This document shows positions 1 to 8,646 of a DNA stretch of 64,000 bases, in pieces. The notes below the pieces were generated by a model. The model saw nothing but the letters and a program-made list of their open reading frames with translations. It did no database searches and had not been told where the DNA came from. Each line of letters opens with the position of its first letter. The first letter of the stretch is position 1. Both the position numbers and the translations under genes were made by a program. Source of the stretch: a virus (taxonomy: Duplodnaviria; Caudoviricetes); the IMG/VR virus record IMGVR_UViG_3300044266_000349, positions 1 to 64,000 of that record, one strand, 5' to 3'.

Positions 1-170
1 TGTTACTAACCCATTTTCGGGTGAATCGTGCAAACTAGAACCTGATGCAGTGGCCGTATACGATTGTATTATGGGTGCTCAGATGTTCAATGATTATAAG
101 ACGATGCGGAAAGGTTTGGATTGGTTTCGGAAATTCTTTCCTCAAGAGTATATGATTCTGTTGGACTAAT

Positions 171-359
171 ATGCACTACACCAAGTGTAATCTAGTATAT
201 GTGGCGGAAGACTATAAACTTCCTATAGACCATTTTATAAACTTCTGCATTGAATACCATCCTAATAAGGTTTGGTCGGTATATGAAATGGTCTATTGTT
301 ATCCAACCAGTATTGAATATCTGGTCAGCCGGTACAATTTTGCCATGGAAAATGTCTGA
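171..359 (+). CDS. hypothetical protein
   Basis: 62-aa ORF co-oriented with the early region. Confidence 0.55.
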   Translation: MHYTKCNLVYVAEDYKLPIDHFINFCIEYHPNKVWSVYEMVYCYPTSIEYLVSRYNFAMENV

Positions 360-366
360 CCGGCCT

Positions 367-407
367 GGTCAACTATTGCTTGCCTTTTCCTGTGGCTGTG
401 TTACAAT
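367..407 (+). promoter_or_regulatory. early sigma70-type promoter
   Basis: TTGCCT (380-385), 16 bp, TACAAT (402-407), with TG extension and upstream GGTCAACTAT; same layout recurs at 3566, 4123, 6072, 8592, 11130. Confidence 0.75.
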
Positions 408-434
408 GTATGCATAGTGAATAAGGAAACACAA

Positions 435-644
435 ATGTCTTGGGTTCTTGAAGGTAAGAAAGTGCGTGGTTTATATCTTGGTTCTATTATGATCCAAGGT
501 ATGGTGGAGGAATCCCGTGTGGCGTATGGTGGGCGAGTATTGCACTCCGTCCGTTCCGATGCGCCACCGGTTCTACCATGGTCTGTTACCGATTCGGATC
601 GCCTATTCATTTTGGAAGATAAAAACATTCTGGAGGTATTATGA
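435..644 (+). CDS. hypothetical protein
   Basis: ORF 417-644; AAGGA Shine-Dalgarno before ATG at 435. Confidence 0.65.
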   Translation: MSWVLEGKKVRGLYLGSIMIQGMVEESRVAYGGRVLHSVRSDAPPVLPWSVTDSDRLFILEDKNILEVL

Positions 645-847
645 GTAAAACGGTGCCCGATTATGCAATGTTTTCCAGTGAAGGTAATGCCGCTGTCCAT
701 GGTATTGTATGTGCAGCCATTCCACTTAAAATGGACTGGGATGAGATTCTGACTGCTCTTATTACTTTGGCCAAGACCGAAGGTTTTGGAGAGGCAATGG
801 ATACTGCCGTGCGTGAATGTGTATATATGAAAGTGGTTGGTGAATAA
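641..847 (+). CDS. hypothetical protein
   Basis: GGAGG SD; ATGA stop/start overlap. Confidence 0.7.
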   Translation: MSKTVPDYAMFSSEGNAAVHGIVCAAIPLKMDWDEILTALITLAKTEGFGEAMDTAVRECVYMKVVGE

Positions 848-1169
848 TGGTTAACGTGCCTGTCGGTAAAATGGTACTGTATCAAGGTGTGGTTCACTAT
901 ATTGTGAGCCCCGAGATTGATGGATTGGTTGGTGTTGCACCAGCTCAAGATGGTGTAGGTGGTATTCTGGTCCATGTGAATTATTTGAGAGAGGTCGCTG
1001 TATGATTCTGGTCCGTTGTGCATCGGTCATTGGTGGTTGGCAGACACAGGTTATCAAAACTGGCTATGTATTTGGTCCAGTTTTTAATTCTATTGGCGAC
1101 CTTTGGAAATGGCAAAGGGAAAATCTGTAACGCAGATATCAAGAGAATATCTGTAATAGGAGTAAAATA

Positions 1170-1400
1170 ATGGTTACCAGATATGTGACGACGGAAGTTG
1201 AAGTTGAATTGTCAGATTTTGATACTGATGATTTGATTGAGGAATTGGAACTCCGATGTTGTGATTATAATACCAAAGGCGTTGATGGTGATGAAATGCG
1301 AGAGGTGTTGGAACAAATTTGGATGAAACGCCGCACCAATAAAGACTATCAATCGGAATTGGACCAACTTATCTATGGTGTCCTTGGTAAAATAGTATGA
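1170..1400 (+). CDS. hypothetical protein
   Basis: AGGAG SD; acidic ORF. Confidence 0.75.
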   Translation: MVTRYVTTEVEVELSDFDTDDLIEELELRCCDYNTKGVDGDEMREVLEQIWMKRRTNKDYQSELDQLIYGVLGKIV

Positions 1401-1636
1401 ACGAACGAATTTTAGAACTGGCGAAACAATGCTGGGAACCTCGCCCATATGATCCTTCTTGGTTCAATTACGAAAATTTTGCCGAGTTGATTGTTTTGGA
1501 ATGTGCTAGAATCGCCGCACAAACTCCTTGCCCTAATTTCCACGAGCATTTGAAACAACAATTGGGGCACACATGGGATATGGCCTGTGTAGAATCTGCT
1601 AAAGATATTAGAAAACATTTCGGAGTTGAAGAATGA
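1397..1636 (+). CDS. MNERIK-family small paralog 1
   Basis: MNERILELAKQ...FAELIVLECA...KHFGVEE. Confidence 0.8.
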   Translation: MNERILELAKQCWEPRPYDPSWFNYENFAELIVLECARIAAQTPCPNFHEHLKQQLGHTWDMACVESAKDIRKHFGVEE

Positions 1637-1854
1637 ACAAGAAAATTAGACAGCTTGCTGATAGAGCAAACGAGCTTGCAGACATTGAGACTCAGGTGCC
1701 AGGTGAGCATCTTCCTGCTTGGCACAAGGTGAGGGATAGAATTTTTGTGGAGTTAATTGTGAAAGAATGTGCCGGTGTTGCTGGTTGTAATGGCCATGTG
1801 AGTGGATTTGCATTAGGTGATTTGATTAAAGAACATTTCGGAGTTGAAGAGTGA
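1633..1854 (+). CDS. MNERIK-family small paralog 2
   Basis: MNKKIRQLADRA...FVELIVKECA...EHFGVEE. Confidence 0.8.
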   Translation: MNKKIRQLADRANELADIETQVPGEHLPAWHKVRDRIFVELIVKECAGVAGCNGHVSGFALGDLIKEHFGVEE

Positions 1855-2123
1855 ACGAACGAATTAAACTACTTGCCGAACAGGCTGGATTTATTGACTA
1901 TATGATATTTGGTCGGGTTGAATCAAAAGAAACTGTATTACAGAACTTCGCCGAGTTGATTGTTCGGGAATGCTGCCATTATATTGAAAATGAAGCAGAA
2001 AGACTGTATGGTCTTTCCAAGATAGAAAAAGACCCTGATTTTAGATCAAACTTTGAACTTTGTGCTGAAAAGTGTTATGATAACAGTCAAGGGCTAAAAG
2101 ATCATTTTGGAGTTGAAGAATGA
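1851..2123 (+). CDS. MNERIK-family small paralog 3
   Basis: GTG start; NERIKLLAEQAG...FAELIVRECC...DHFGVEE. Confidence 0.8.
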   Translation: MNERIKLLAEQAGFIDYMIFGRVESKETVLQNFAELIVRECCHYIENEAERLYGLSKIEKDPDFRSNFELCAEKCYDNSQGLKDHFGVEE

Positions 2124-2270
2124 AAAGCATCGCCTACTTTTTTGTCTATTACCTGGCCTTATTCAATTTGTATGTTTGGATGATTTGGCCAGAACTATTC
2201 TATGGTATGTGGAAGTGGGACATTTTTATGATTTTACTGTTTGCTCCATTACTCTACATGGGCTTGAAAG

Positions 2271-2519
2271 ATGAACGAACGAATTAAAAAATTGGCTGAT
2301 AGCGCAGATTGGCTTGCCGATAATAAAATTCAAACGCCAGGCGAGTACCATCCAGATTGGCATGATGTGAGGGATGAATTTTTTACCGAGTTGATCCTAT
2401 CCGATATTGAGAATATTTTAGATGATCTATATCGTGCCACGCCACTTGAACAAGCGGCTGTGTTATTGACACTTGATGAAAATATCAAGAAACATTTTTA
2501 TGGAGTTGAAAATGTCTGA
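2271..2519 (+). CDS. MNERIK-family small paralog 4
   Basis: MNERIKKLADSA...FTELIL...KHFYGVENV; N-half closely resembles paralog 2. Confidence 0.8.
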   Translation: MNERIKKLADSADWLADNKIQTPGEYHPDWHDVRDEFFTELILSDIENILDDLYRATPLEQAAVLLTLDENIKKHFYGVENV

Positions 2520-2772
2520 TACTGTAATGTTGGCCATGATTGGCCTGTTTGCATTGGTCTTCTTGATCCTTGCATATCTTATTAAGAATGATAAACTATA
2601 AAAGGAATGAATATGAAGAATTGGTTCTTTGATACGCCGTTTACTTTTTTCTTGATTGGTTTTCTTACTGCTAATGGAATTGTGGCCCTTGGTCAGCGTG
2701 ATTATGTGTGGGGCGTTATTGATATTGGCTTGGCCACACTTAATTATTACTTGTATAAGGTAGGCAATAAAA

Positions 2773-2976
2773 ATGAATAAAATCACACTGACAGCCCGTG
2801 AGCTGATGGAAATTGTGGATATTGTAAAATGTAATTCAATTACTGAAGAATCTTTTGTTTTGATTCAACATGGTAGTTCAGGTATTGGTTATGTATTAGA
2901 CATGGAGTTTCCATACGAATTGAATAATATGAATGTTACCGTGCGAGCGAATATTACTAACGAAGTGGACTGGTAA
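2773..2976 (+). CDS. hypothetical protein
   Basis: ORF within the packed operon. Confidence 0.65.
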   Translation: MNKITLTARELMEIVDIVKCNSITEESFVLIQHGSSGIGYVLDMEFPYELNNMNVTVRANITNEVDW

Positions 2977-2977
2977 A

Positions 2978-3400
2978 ATGGAAGAATATAATAAAGAAGA
3001 AATGTTTTCATTGAACCTGAAAGCCATTTCACAATCTAAAACAGTATCAAGTATTGTTTGTATGTTGGCCAAAACACTTATGGATAATCCATATATTACT
3101 GTTGGGCAATATCTGCAATCGTTGTCTGAGCCTGACCTAAAATCATTGGTTGAAATGTGCGATGATACACTAGAGCATAAGAAATTCAATGAGAATATAT
3201 TGTTAATCTCTGCCATGTTGGCTCATGCTGAAGGATTGGATATTGAATTCAGCGCAGACCAAATGGGTGATTATTATAATTCAATGTTGACCTATTTGCC
3301 TCTTGAAAGCCTGAAGCGTAAAGGGTTTGTCAAACTGCATTATGAAAATATGTCCTTTGGACCAGAGTTTGATGATAAAATTGTAGTTGAAAGGATTTAA
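2978..3400 (+). CDS. hypothetical protein
   Basis: ORF 2933-3400; likely start follows the previous stop. Confidence 0.7.
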   Translation: MEEYNKEEMFSLNLKAISQSKTVSSIVCMLAKTLMDNPYITVGQYLQSLSEPDLKSLVEMCDDTLEHKKFNENILLISAMLAHAEGLDIEFSADQMGDYYNSMLTYLPLESLKRKGFVKLHYENMSFGPEFDDKIVVERI

Positions 3401-3565
3401 TATGAACAATCGGTGGGATTATATGTTGGGATTTTTGAGTGGTGCGTACAGGCAAGAAAAGCAGGCAGAACTATTGGTAAGCGCATATATTGCACAAATT
3501 GGTAAAGTAAAATCAACGAATGTATATACAAAAACTAAGAGTGTTGCGTAAAAACAACTGTATGG

Positions 3566-3593
3566 TTGCCATTTTTGTTCCTTGTGTTATACT
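3566..3593 (+). promoter_or_regulatory. early sigma70-type promoter
   Basis: TTGCCA, 16 bp, TATACT with TG extension; ATG at 3600 lies 7 nt after the -10 box (possible leaderless mRNA). Confidence 0.7.
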
Positions 3594-3599
3594 ATCTGC

Positions 3600-3770
3600 A
3601 TGAAAAACATTGTTACACTTCTAGACAAATTAGACACCATGGATAAGCAAATTATCACGGTTAAAGTTCCAAAGCCTTATACCCGTAAGGCCATCAAACC
3701 TCGCCAGGCGCATAAACTGGCTACACGGTACACCAGAAAGGCGAAGCACACCAATCGGGAGTTCGTATAA
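3600..3770 (+). CDS. small basic protein with ArfA-like C-terminal motif
   Basis: K/R-rich; ends YTRKAKHTNREFV, compare E. coli ArfA YMRKGKHGNR. Confidence 0.5.
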   Translation: MKNIVTLLDKLDTMDKQIITVKVPKPYTRKAIKPRQAHKLATRYTRKAKHTNREFV

Positions 3771-4099
3771 TGGAAGTCCTACGTGAGACCACCAAGTGGT
3801 CAACTGGTTACCACGTACCGTTGCACACCTATATCTTGGATGGCACCAAGATGTTAGGATACATTCCAGAGGGCACCGAGAAGCCCCAGATGTTCACCTC
3901 GCCTCAAACCTTCTCCCGCAAGGGGCGTACCTTCGCCAAGGTTGGTGGTGCCCGTTTTCTCCAGGCGCTTGTGGTCAAGCCCAACAGGCGGGAGGTGCAA
4001 GGATCCAAGGGCAATGTATACTATGTGGATGATGAGGCGGGTACCTGTACCTGCAATGGGTATACCTATCGTGGCTACTGTAAACACCTTGCAAAATAG
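3770..4099 (+). CDS. SWIM zinc-finger protein
   Basis: C-terminal CTCNGYTYRGYCKH = CxCxnCxH SWIM motif preceded by VQGSKGNVYYV. Confidence 0.8.
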   Translation: MEVLRETTKWSTGYHVPLHTYILDGTKMLGYIPEGTEKPQMFTSPQTFSRKGRTFAKVGGARFLQALVVKPNRREVQGSKGNVYYVDDEAGTCTCNGYTYRGYCKHLAK

Positions 4100-4110
4100 T
4101 CTACCAAAAT

Positions 4111-4150
4111 GGTCAACTATGGTTGCCATTTCCTCCAGTTCGTGTATAAT
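4111..4150 (+). promoter_or_regulatory. early sigma70-type promoter
   Basis: GGTCAACTAT, TTGCCA (4123-4128), 16 bp, TATAAT (4145-4150). Confidence 0.8.
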
Positions 4151-4176
4151 ACAACCATTCAATAAGAAAGGCCTTT

Positions 4177-4410
4177 ATGGGAAAAGTATCTAATATGATT
4201 CTTGAGATTCAAGACCTGTTGATTTCTGGTTTTGATGCTGAGCAAATTTCACGCCGTCTGGATATTCCTACACAATGGGTATATGAGGCTGCTGAAATGG
4301 CTGAAGAGCAACATTTTGAGGATTATATGGATGGTGACCATGATTCAGCCATGGCTTCGGCTGGTTTTGGCACCGATGAGGATTATGGTTATTATGGAGA
4401 AGATTACTGA
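4177..4410 (+). CDS. acidic hypothetical protein
   Basis: AAAGG SD; D/E-rich C-terminus. Confidence 0.75.
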   Translation: MGKVSNMILEIQDLLISGFDAEQISRRLDIPTQWVYEAAEMAEEQHFEDYMDGDHDSAMASAGFGTDEDYGYYGEDY

Positions 4411-4766
4411 TGGCTCTTGTTAAATATATGGAACATACGCATCCTGATGCGTTTGTGGATTTTCCAATGAAGTCGCCCAATATTGAATTGGGTCGCACCA
4501 AACTTTGTGCTAAGTGCCAAGGGCATGGTGGTTGGAATCTGCAATTGAATTCGTATTCATTGCATGATTATGAGAATACACCAGAGAATCGCCATCGTTA
4601 CTCACACTTTATTTGCCAGTGTAGTAATTGTTATGGTTGGGGCTTTGTGCATGAGAATCAAGATTGTGTGCATGATTGGGAATATCATAAGAGTCTCGGC
4701 AAGTGTTTGCACCAATACAAGTGCATTCATTGTGATAAAATAGATTTGGTTGATTCTTCGGACTAA
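4410..4766 (+). CDS. Cys-rich zinc-binding protein (DnaJ-like CxxCxGxG repeats)
   Basis: CAKCQGHG, CSNCYGWG, further CxxC. Confidence 0.7.
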   Translation: MALVKYMEHTHPDAFVDFPMKSPNIELGRTKLCAKCQGHGGWNLQLNSYSLHDYENTPENRHRYSHFICQCSNCYGWGFVHENQDCVHDWEYHKSLGKCLHQYKCIHCDKIDLVDSSD

Positions 4767-4776
4767 GGAGTATATT

Positions 4777-5154
4777 ATGGGTCTTGATATGTTTGCTTAT
4801 CGTGTTGCCGCCAATGATGTGCGTGGCGATTTTGATTTTGATAAAACTTTTCCGGCCAATGAGTTTGCTTATTGGCGTAAACACCACGACCTCCATGGTT
4901 GGATGGAGAATCTATATCGTGCCAAAGGTGGCACCAAGGAAAGTTTTAATTGTGTGCCAGTTCGCCTGACGCAAATTGATTTGGATGCGTTAGAGCGAGC
5001 AGTATTGGATAATACTTTGCCGCCAACTACTGGATTTTTCTTTGGTGATAATCCGCCAGATGATGAATCTAAATTGGCTGATCTGAAGTTTATCACAGAA
5101 GCCAAATTGGCCTTATCTAAAGGTTATGCAGTTTATTATGATTCGTGGTGGTAA
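4777..5154 (+). CDS. conserved phage hypothetical protein
   Basis: MGLDM...YWRKH..LHGWME...YDSWW pattern typical of phage small proteins; AGGAG SD. Confidence 0.8.
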   Translation: MGLDMFAYRVAANDVRGDFDFDKTFPANEFAYWRKHHDLHGWMENLYRAKGGTKESFNCVPVRLTQIDLDALERAVLDNTLPPTTGFFFGDNPPDDESKLADLKFITEAKLALSKGYAVYYDSWW

Positions 5155-5155
5155 T

Positions 5156-5686
5156 ATGGATAATTTTATTTCTAAGGGTAACCCCGAAGTATCTGGTCTA
5201 TATAAGATTGACCGAGATAAACAAGGTATCTCATATAGATACTATGATGCAAAGAAAAAGAAATGGTCACGACCAGATTATGACCCATATACTGCGAACG
5301 AATTAAAAGATACTGACCCGTTGGTCGGATTCTTTCCTTGGTGCGGCCCGCTTCGGTTGCGACCCAAGGAAGAGGTGATGTCAGAACCTGAGGTCAAGCG
5401 TCCAGGGCGCCCCAAGAAGGTCCTGGTCGCTCCTTCAGAGTCTGTGGAAGATGTACCGAAGCCTACCAAGGCCCCCAAACCTAAAAAAGGAGTCAAAATG
5501 AAGATGAGCACCGGCACCAATCCGTCAATGGCCGATGGTACTATTTTCTTCCGCCAAGACCGTAATAAGTGGGTTGTGTTGTGGAATGGAAAACAAGAGG
5601 CGGCTCGTGATACTGTTGAAGCCTGCCAAAAGTTTCTCAAGAAAAAATATAATGTAGAAGGTGCAGTTATTCCAACCAACACATAA
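5156..5686 (+). CDS. hypothetical protein
   Basis: ORF with Pro/Lys-rich linker (KRPGRPKK). Confidence 0.7.
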   Translation: MDNFISKGNPEVSGLYKIDRDKQGISYRYYDAKKKKWSRPDYDPYTANELKDTDPLVGFFPWCGPLRLRPKEEVMSEPEVKRPGRPKKVLVAPSESVEDVPKPTKAPKPKKGVKMKMSTGTNPSMADGTIFFRQDRNKWVVLWNGKQEAARDTVEACQKFLKKKYNVEGAVIPTNT

Positions 5687-5877
5687 TGGATTTCGCCACA
5701 ATATTTGTATTGATATTTGGCGTGATAACAGGAACTTTTTTATTCGTGGGTGTGTTTTGTTTGATATATTTTATGGATGAACCTAAGGTTGTGAAACCTA
5801 AGGCAGTGAAAAACAAAACACCACTCACACCTATTAGACCAACACAGTCTAGAATTAAACGACCACCTAATCTTTGA
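5686..5877 (+). CDS. small membrane protein
   Basis: N-terminal hydrophobic helix, basic tail. Confidence 0.65.
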   Translation: MDFATIFVLIFGVITGTFLFVGVFCLIYFMDEPKVVKPKAVKNKTPLTPIRPTQSRIKRPPNL

Positions 5878-5888
5878 AAGGTAATATT

Positions 5889-6068
5889 ATGAATCCCGTG
5901 ATTGAAGAATTGGCACTACAGGCCGGCGGCTCACATTATCCAAATGTGAATAGTATGCAGCTGATTAAGTATACCAAATTGGTGGTTCAAGAGTGCGTTA
6001 AGATTGCAGAGGGCAACCATGATGCGCTTGAAGATAAGATGTTGGAACACTTTGGGTTTACCAAATAA
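5889..6068 (+). CDS. MNERIK-family small paralog 5 (divergent)
   Basis: MNPVIEELALQAG...YTKLVVQECV...EHFG. Confidence 0.7.
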   Translation: MNPVIEELALQAGGSHYPNVNSMQLIKYTKLVVQECVKIAEGNHDALEDKMLEHFGFTK

Positions 6069-6071
6069 CGC

Positions 6072-6100
6072 TTGCCATACACCATCTTTTGTGTTACAAT
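6072..6100 (+). promoter_or_regulatory. early sigma70-type promoter
   Basis: TTGCCA, 17 bp, TACAAT with TGTGT. Confidence 0.75.
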
Positions 6101-6128
6101 GTGCATCTATTGACGTTATGTTGACGAT

Positions 6129-6386
6129 ATGAATGAACGAATTAAAGAACTTGCTAAACAGGCTGGTGACTATGTAAATGAAGTTTATACTCCACCTGTT
6201 AGATCCAAGATTCCCGGTAAGATTTGGGAAGATGGTCATATAGATTGGTGTACACAATTTAATGAAAAGTTCGCCGAGTTGATTATTGATGAGTGTATTG
6301 CTTTGAACCTTAAAGAATTGCCGTTTGTTGCATTTGACCGATTGCTGAATAGTTATAATGAACACTTTGGAATGAATGATGAATAA
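6129..6386 (+). CDS. MNERIK-family small paralog 6
   Basis: MNERIKELAKQAG...KFAELIIDECIA...EHFG. Confidence 0.8.
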   Translation: MNERIKELAKQAGDYVNEVYTPPVRSKIPGKIWEDGHIDWCTQFNEKFAELIIDECIALNLKELPFVAFDRLLNSYNEHFGMNDE

Positions 6387-6582
6387 ACGTGTTTTTATTT
6401 TTGAACAACCTGTCACCACAAAAGGTGAAAGGCCACAGTTGATTGCTTTCCCTGAAGATAAAATTCAATTTTTTGAATCACAGAGAGGGTCTGAAAATTG
6501 TTTTCTGTCTATTAATGGTTTGACTGTCGTTGGTTCTTTTGATGATCTTGTTAAACAATTGGGTACAAGGATAGATTTATGA
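6376..6582 (+). CDS. hypothetical protein
   Basis: ORF within the operon. Confidence 0.65.
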   Translation: MMNKRVFIFEQPVTTKGERPQLIAFPEDKIQFFESQRGSENCFLSINGLTVVGSFDDLVKQLGTRIDL

Positions 6583-6920
6583 AAGTTGTTATCAATCGTT
6601 GTTATGGTGGATTTGGTTTGTCTGATAAGGCTACTCAGCGTTATGGTGAACTAAAAGGTCTCAAATTGGTTTGGGAGAAAAGTGATTGTGATTATAATGA
6701 CTACTACATCGGTGAAATATCAAACGATACCTATTTTAGTTGTTACAATATAAAACGTGTAGATCCAATATTGATTCAGGTTGTGGAAGAGTTGGGTGCT
6801 GAGGCTGATGGCAAATATGCTGAATTGGCTGTCGTAGAAATTCCTGATGATGTGGAATGGCAACTTGAAGAGTATGATGGGCGAGAGTGGGTTGCTGAGA
6901 AGCACCGTGCTTGGTATTGA
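6579..6920 (+). CDS. conserved phage hypothetical protein
   Basis: KVVINRCYGGFGLS...LIQVVEELG...IPDDVEWQLEEYDGREWVAE, a recurrent phage family pattern. Confidence 0.8.
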   Translation: MKVVINRCYGGFGLSDKATQRYGELKGLKLVWEKSDCDYNDYYIGEISNDTYFSCYNIKRVDPILIQVVEELGAEADGKYAELAVVEIPDDVEWQLEEYDGREWVAEKHRAWY

Positions 6921-6932
6921 GGAGAATATATT

Positions 6933-7337
6933 ATGATGCCTGCTGGTACGTATTACGTTGGTGATTTGTGTTATGTGATGAGTGATGAGGATTGGGATAA
7001 AGTTTGTGACATTACCACGAATGATGGAGATTGTCGGTCTGGCGAATTTGAAATGCCTGATGGGCGCAGATTCGCCATGTACCAAACCAAGTATGGTGAT
7101 GGATCATACCAAGACCAACGTAGGAATATCTACTTCGTTGATTCTGGTACGATTGGTTGTATTCTTATGTCTGACCTTGAATCTGGCAAATACGGTGAAG
7201 GAGTTGAAAACTATTCAGCCGTTATCACCTTTGATAAAGAATTTTCAACAAGTTATTCTAATGGTATGATTTGTTTTGGTGGTGTCTGTGTTGATACTTC
7301 CCGTGATTGTGAATGCGAAGACGATTATGAGTTCTGA
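6933..7337 (+). CDS. conserved phage hypothetical protein
   Basis: PAGTYYVGDLCYV...TKYGDGSY...VDSGTIGCI; GAGGAG SD. Confidence 0.8.
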   Translation: MMPAGTYYVGDLCYVMSDEDWDKVCDITTNDGDCRSGEFEMPDGRRFAMYQTKYGDGSYQDQRRNIYFVDSGTIGCILMSDLESGKYGEGVENYSAVITFDKEFSTSYSNGMICFGGVCVDTSRDCECEDDYEF

Positions 7338-7749
7338 TCCTAGTTTTTATGATGAATTAAAAAATAGTTTTCCAAAAATGTGTTCAAGCATCTATGGTGG
7401 TGTTTGGATTGGTGAAGGCTGGAAACCAATTGTTCGTGCATTGTGTGCCAACATTCAAAATCATATTGATACTACGAATCGTTGGCGTGCTCAGTATCGC
7501 CCAGAATTAGAACAAATAGAACAAGTGACCGTTGAACAAATCAAAGAAAAGTTTGGTGGGCTACGATTCTATTATTCTGGCGGTGATGAGTATATCAATG
7601 GTTTGGTTGAAATGGCTGAATCGTGGGCCGACAACACTTGTGAAACCTGTGGAAAACCAGGCGAAGTTCGTGATAATTTTGGTTGGATGATTACTCTATG
7701 TGATGAACATCATCAAGAAAGGTTGGATTCTAAAAATGGACGCACCTAA
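7327..7749 (+). CDS. conserved phage hypothetical protein
   Basis: GEGW...QIKEKFGGLRFY...CETCG motif. Confidence 0.8.
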   Translation: MSSDPSFYDELKNSFPKMCSSIYGGVWIGEGWKPIVRALCANIQNHIDTTNRWRAQYRPELEQIEQVTVEQIKEKFGGLRFYYSGGDEYINGLVEMAESWADNTCETCGKPGEVRDNFGWMITLCDEHHQERLDSKNGRT

Positions 7750-7845
7750 TACTGTATATGAATTCCCATTCTACCTAGAAGCATGGTTGTATTGTAGGCG
7801 TAATGGATTGGATCCTAAGGTAATCCTTAAGAAAGATTTTAGAAC

Positions 7846-8064
7846 ATGGATGATTCACCTGTAAAATTAAAACAACACGAAATCTCTAGAGGCACTCTAG
7901 ATAATATTTTGTTGTCGTTGTTGGGCTCAGATACTATGGTTGCTAGATGGTGGCTGAGCCCCAATCTTTCTTTTAATATGATGACACCAAATGAAATGAT
8001 GGGCAAGGATCCAAATCGTGTTAAATCATATATACTTGGTCAGTTGAATGGAGACTATTCATAA
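7846..8064 (+). CDS. stand-alone Xre/MbcA/ParS (DUF2384)-like C-terminal domain protein
   Basis: LLG...ARWWLSPNLSFNMMTPNEMM resembles the A..WL..PN..L....P..LL signature. Confidence 0.55.
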   Translation: MDDSPVKLKQHEISRGTLDNILLSLLGSDTMVARWWLSPNLSFNMMTPNEMMGKDPNRVKSYILGQLNGDYS

Positions 8065-8342
8065 TGTTGGACGTTATTAAACTACCCGCACCGCAGGCCT
8101 CATATTATACGGCAGACCAAATGTTGGAATATGCCAATCAAGTATCACAAGCATACAAGGATGAAATTCTAAATCTCAAGAGTAAACTTGCTGATGTAGA
8201 ATATGATTTGTATTTGTTTCGTATGATTGCGAATCATGGTTTGGATATTCGCCCCAATTCAAATGATTTTGACCACTTCAATCAGTATCATAATAAGCTT
8301 TTAGCTCTATTAGAAAAGACAAATGAAACTGTCAGATATTAA
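8064..8342 (+). CDS. hypothetical protein
   Basis: ORF within the operon. Confidence 0.6.
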   Translation: MLDVIKLPAPQASYYTADQMLEYANQVSQAYKDEILNLKSKLADVEYDLYLFRMIANHGLDIRPNSNDFDHFNQYHNKLLALLEKTNETVRY

Positions 8343-8556
8343 AAGTGGTAACACCGTCATGCTCAGTGACGGGTTACAATACACCATATTAGATAATAAT
8401 ATTGGTGTCACCAGATTGGTAGTATCAGCCAATAACAATACAGTATATCGCATTCAAAGTTATGAAATTGAAATGGTCAATATTGACGGCGTATGGCATT
8501 ATATTGCTCTTAGCGATAAACAAGAAATGTTAAAACAACAAGTGGAATCGTTGTAA
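8323..8556 (+). CDS. hypothetical protein
   Basis: ORF within the operon. Confidence 0.6.
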   Translation: MKLSDIKSGNTVMLSDGLQYTILDNNIGVTRLVVSANNNTVYRIQSYEIEMVNIDGVWHYIALSDKQEMLKQQVESL

Positions 8557-8579
8557 AAAAACAACATTCGTACCGGATT

Positions 8580-8619
8580 GGTCAACTATTGTTGCCAACC
8601 GCCTTGGTTGTGATACAAT
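8580..8619 (+). promoter_or_regulatory. early sigma70-type promoter
   Basis: GGTCAACTAT, TTGCCA (8592-8597), 16 bp, TACAAT (8614-8619). Confidence 0.75.
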
Positions 8620-8646
8620 ACTTGTATTCGTTGAACAGGAGTTGTT

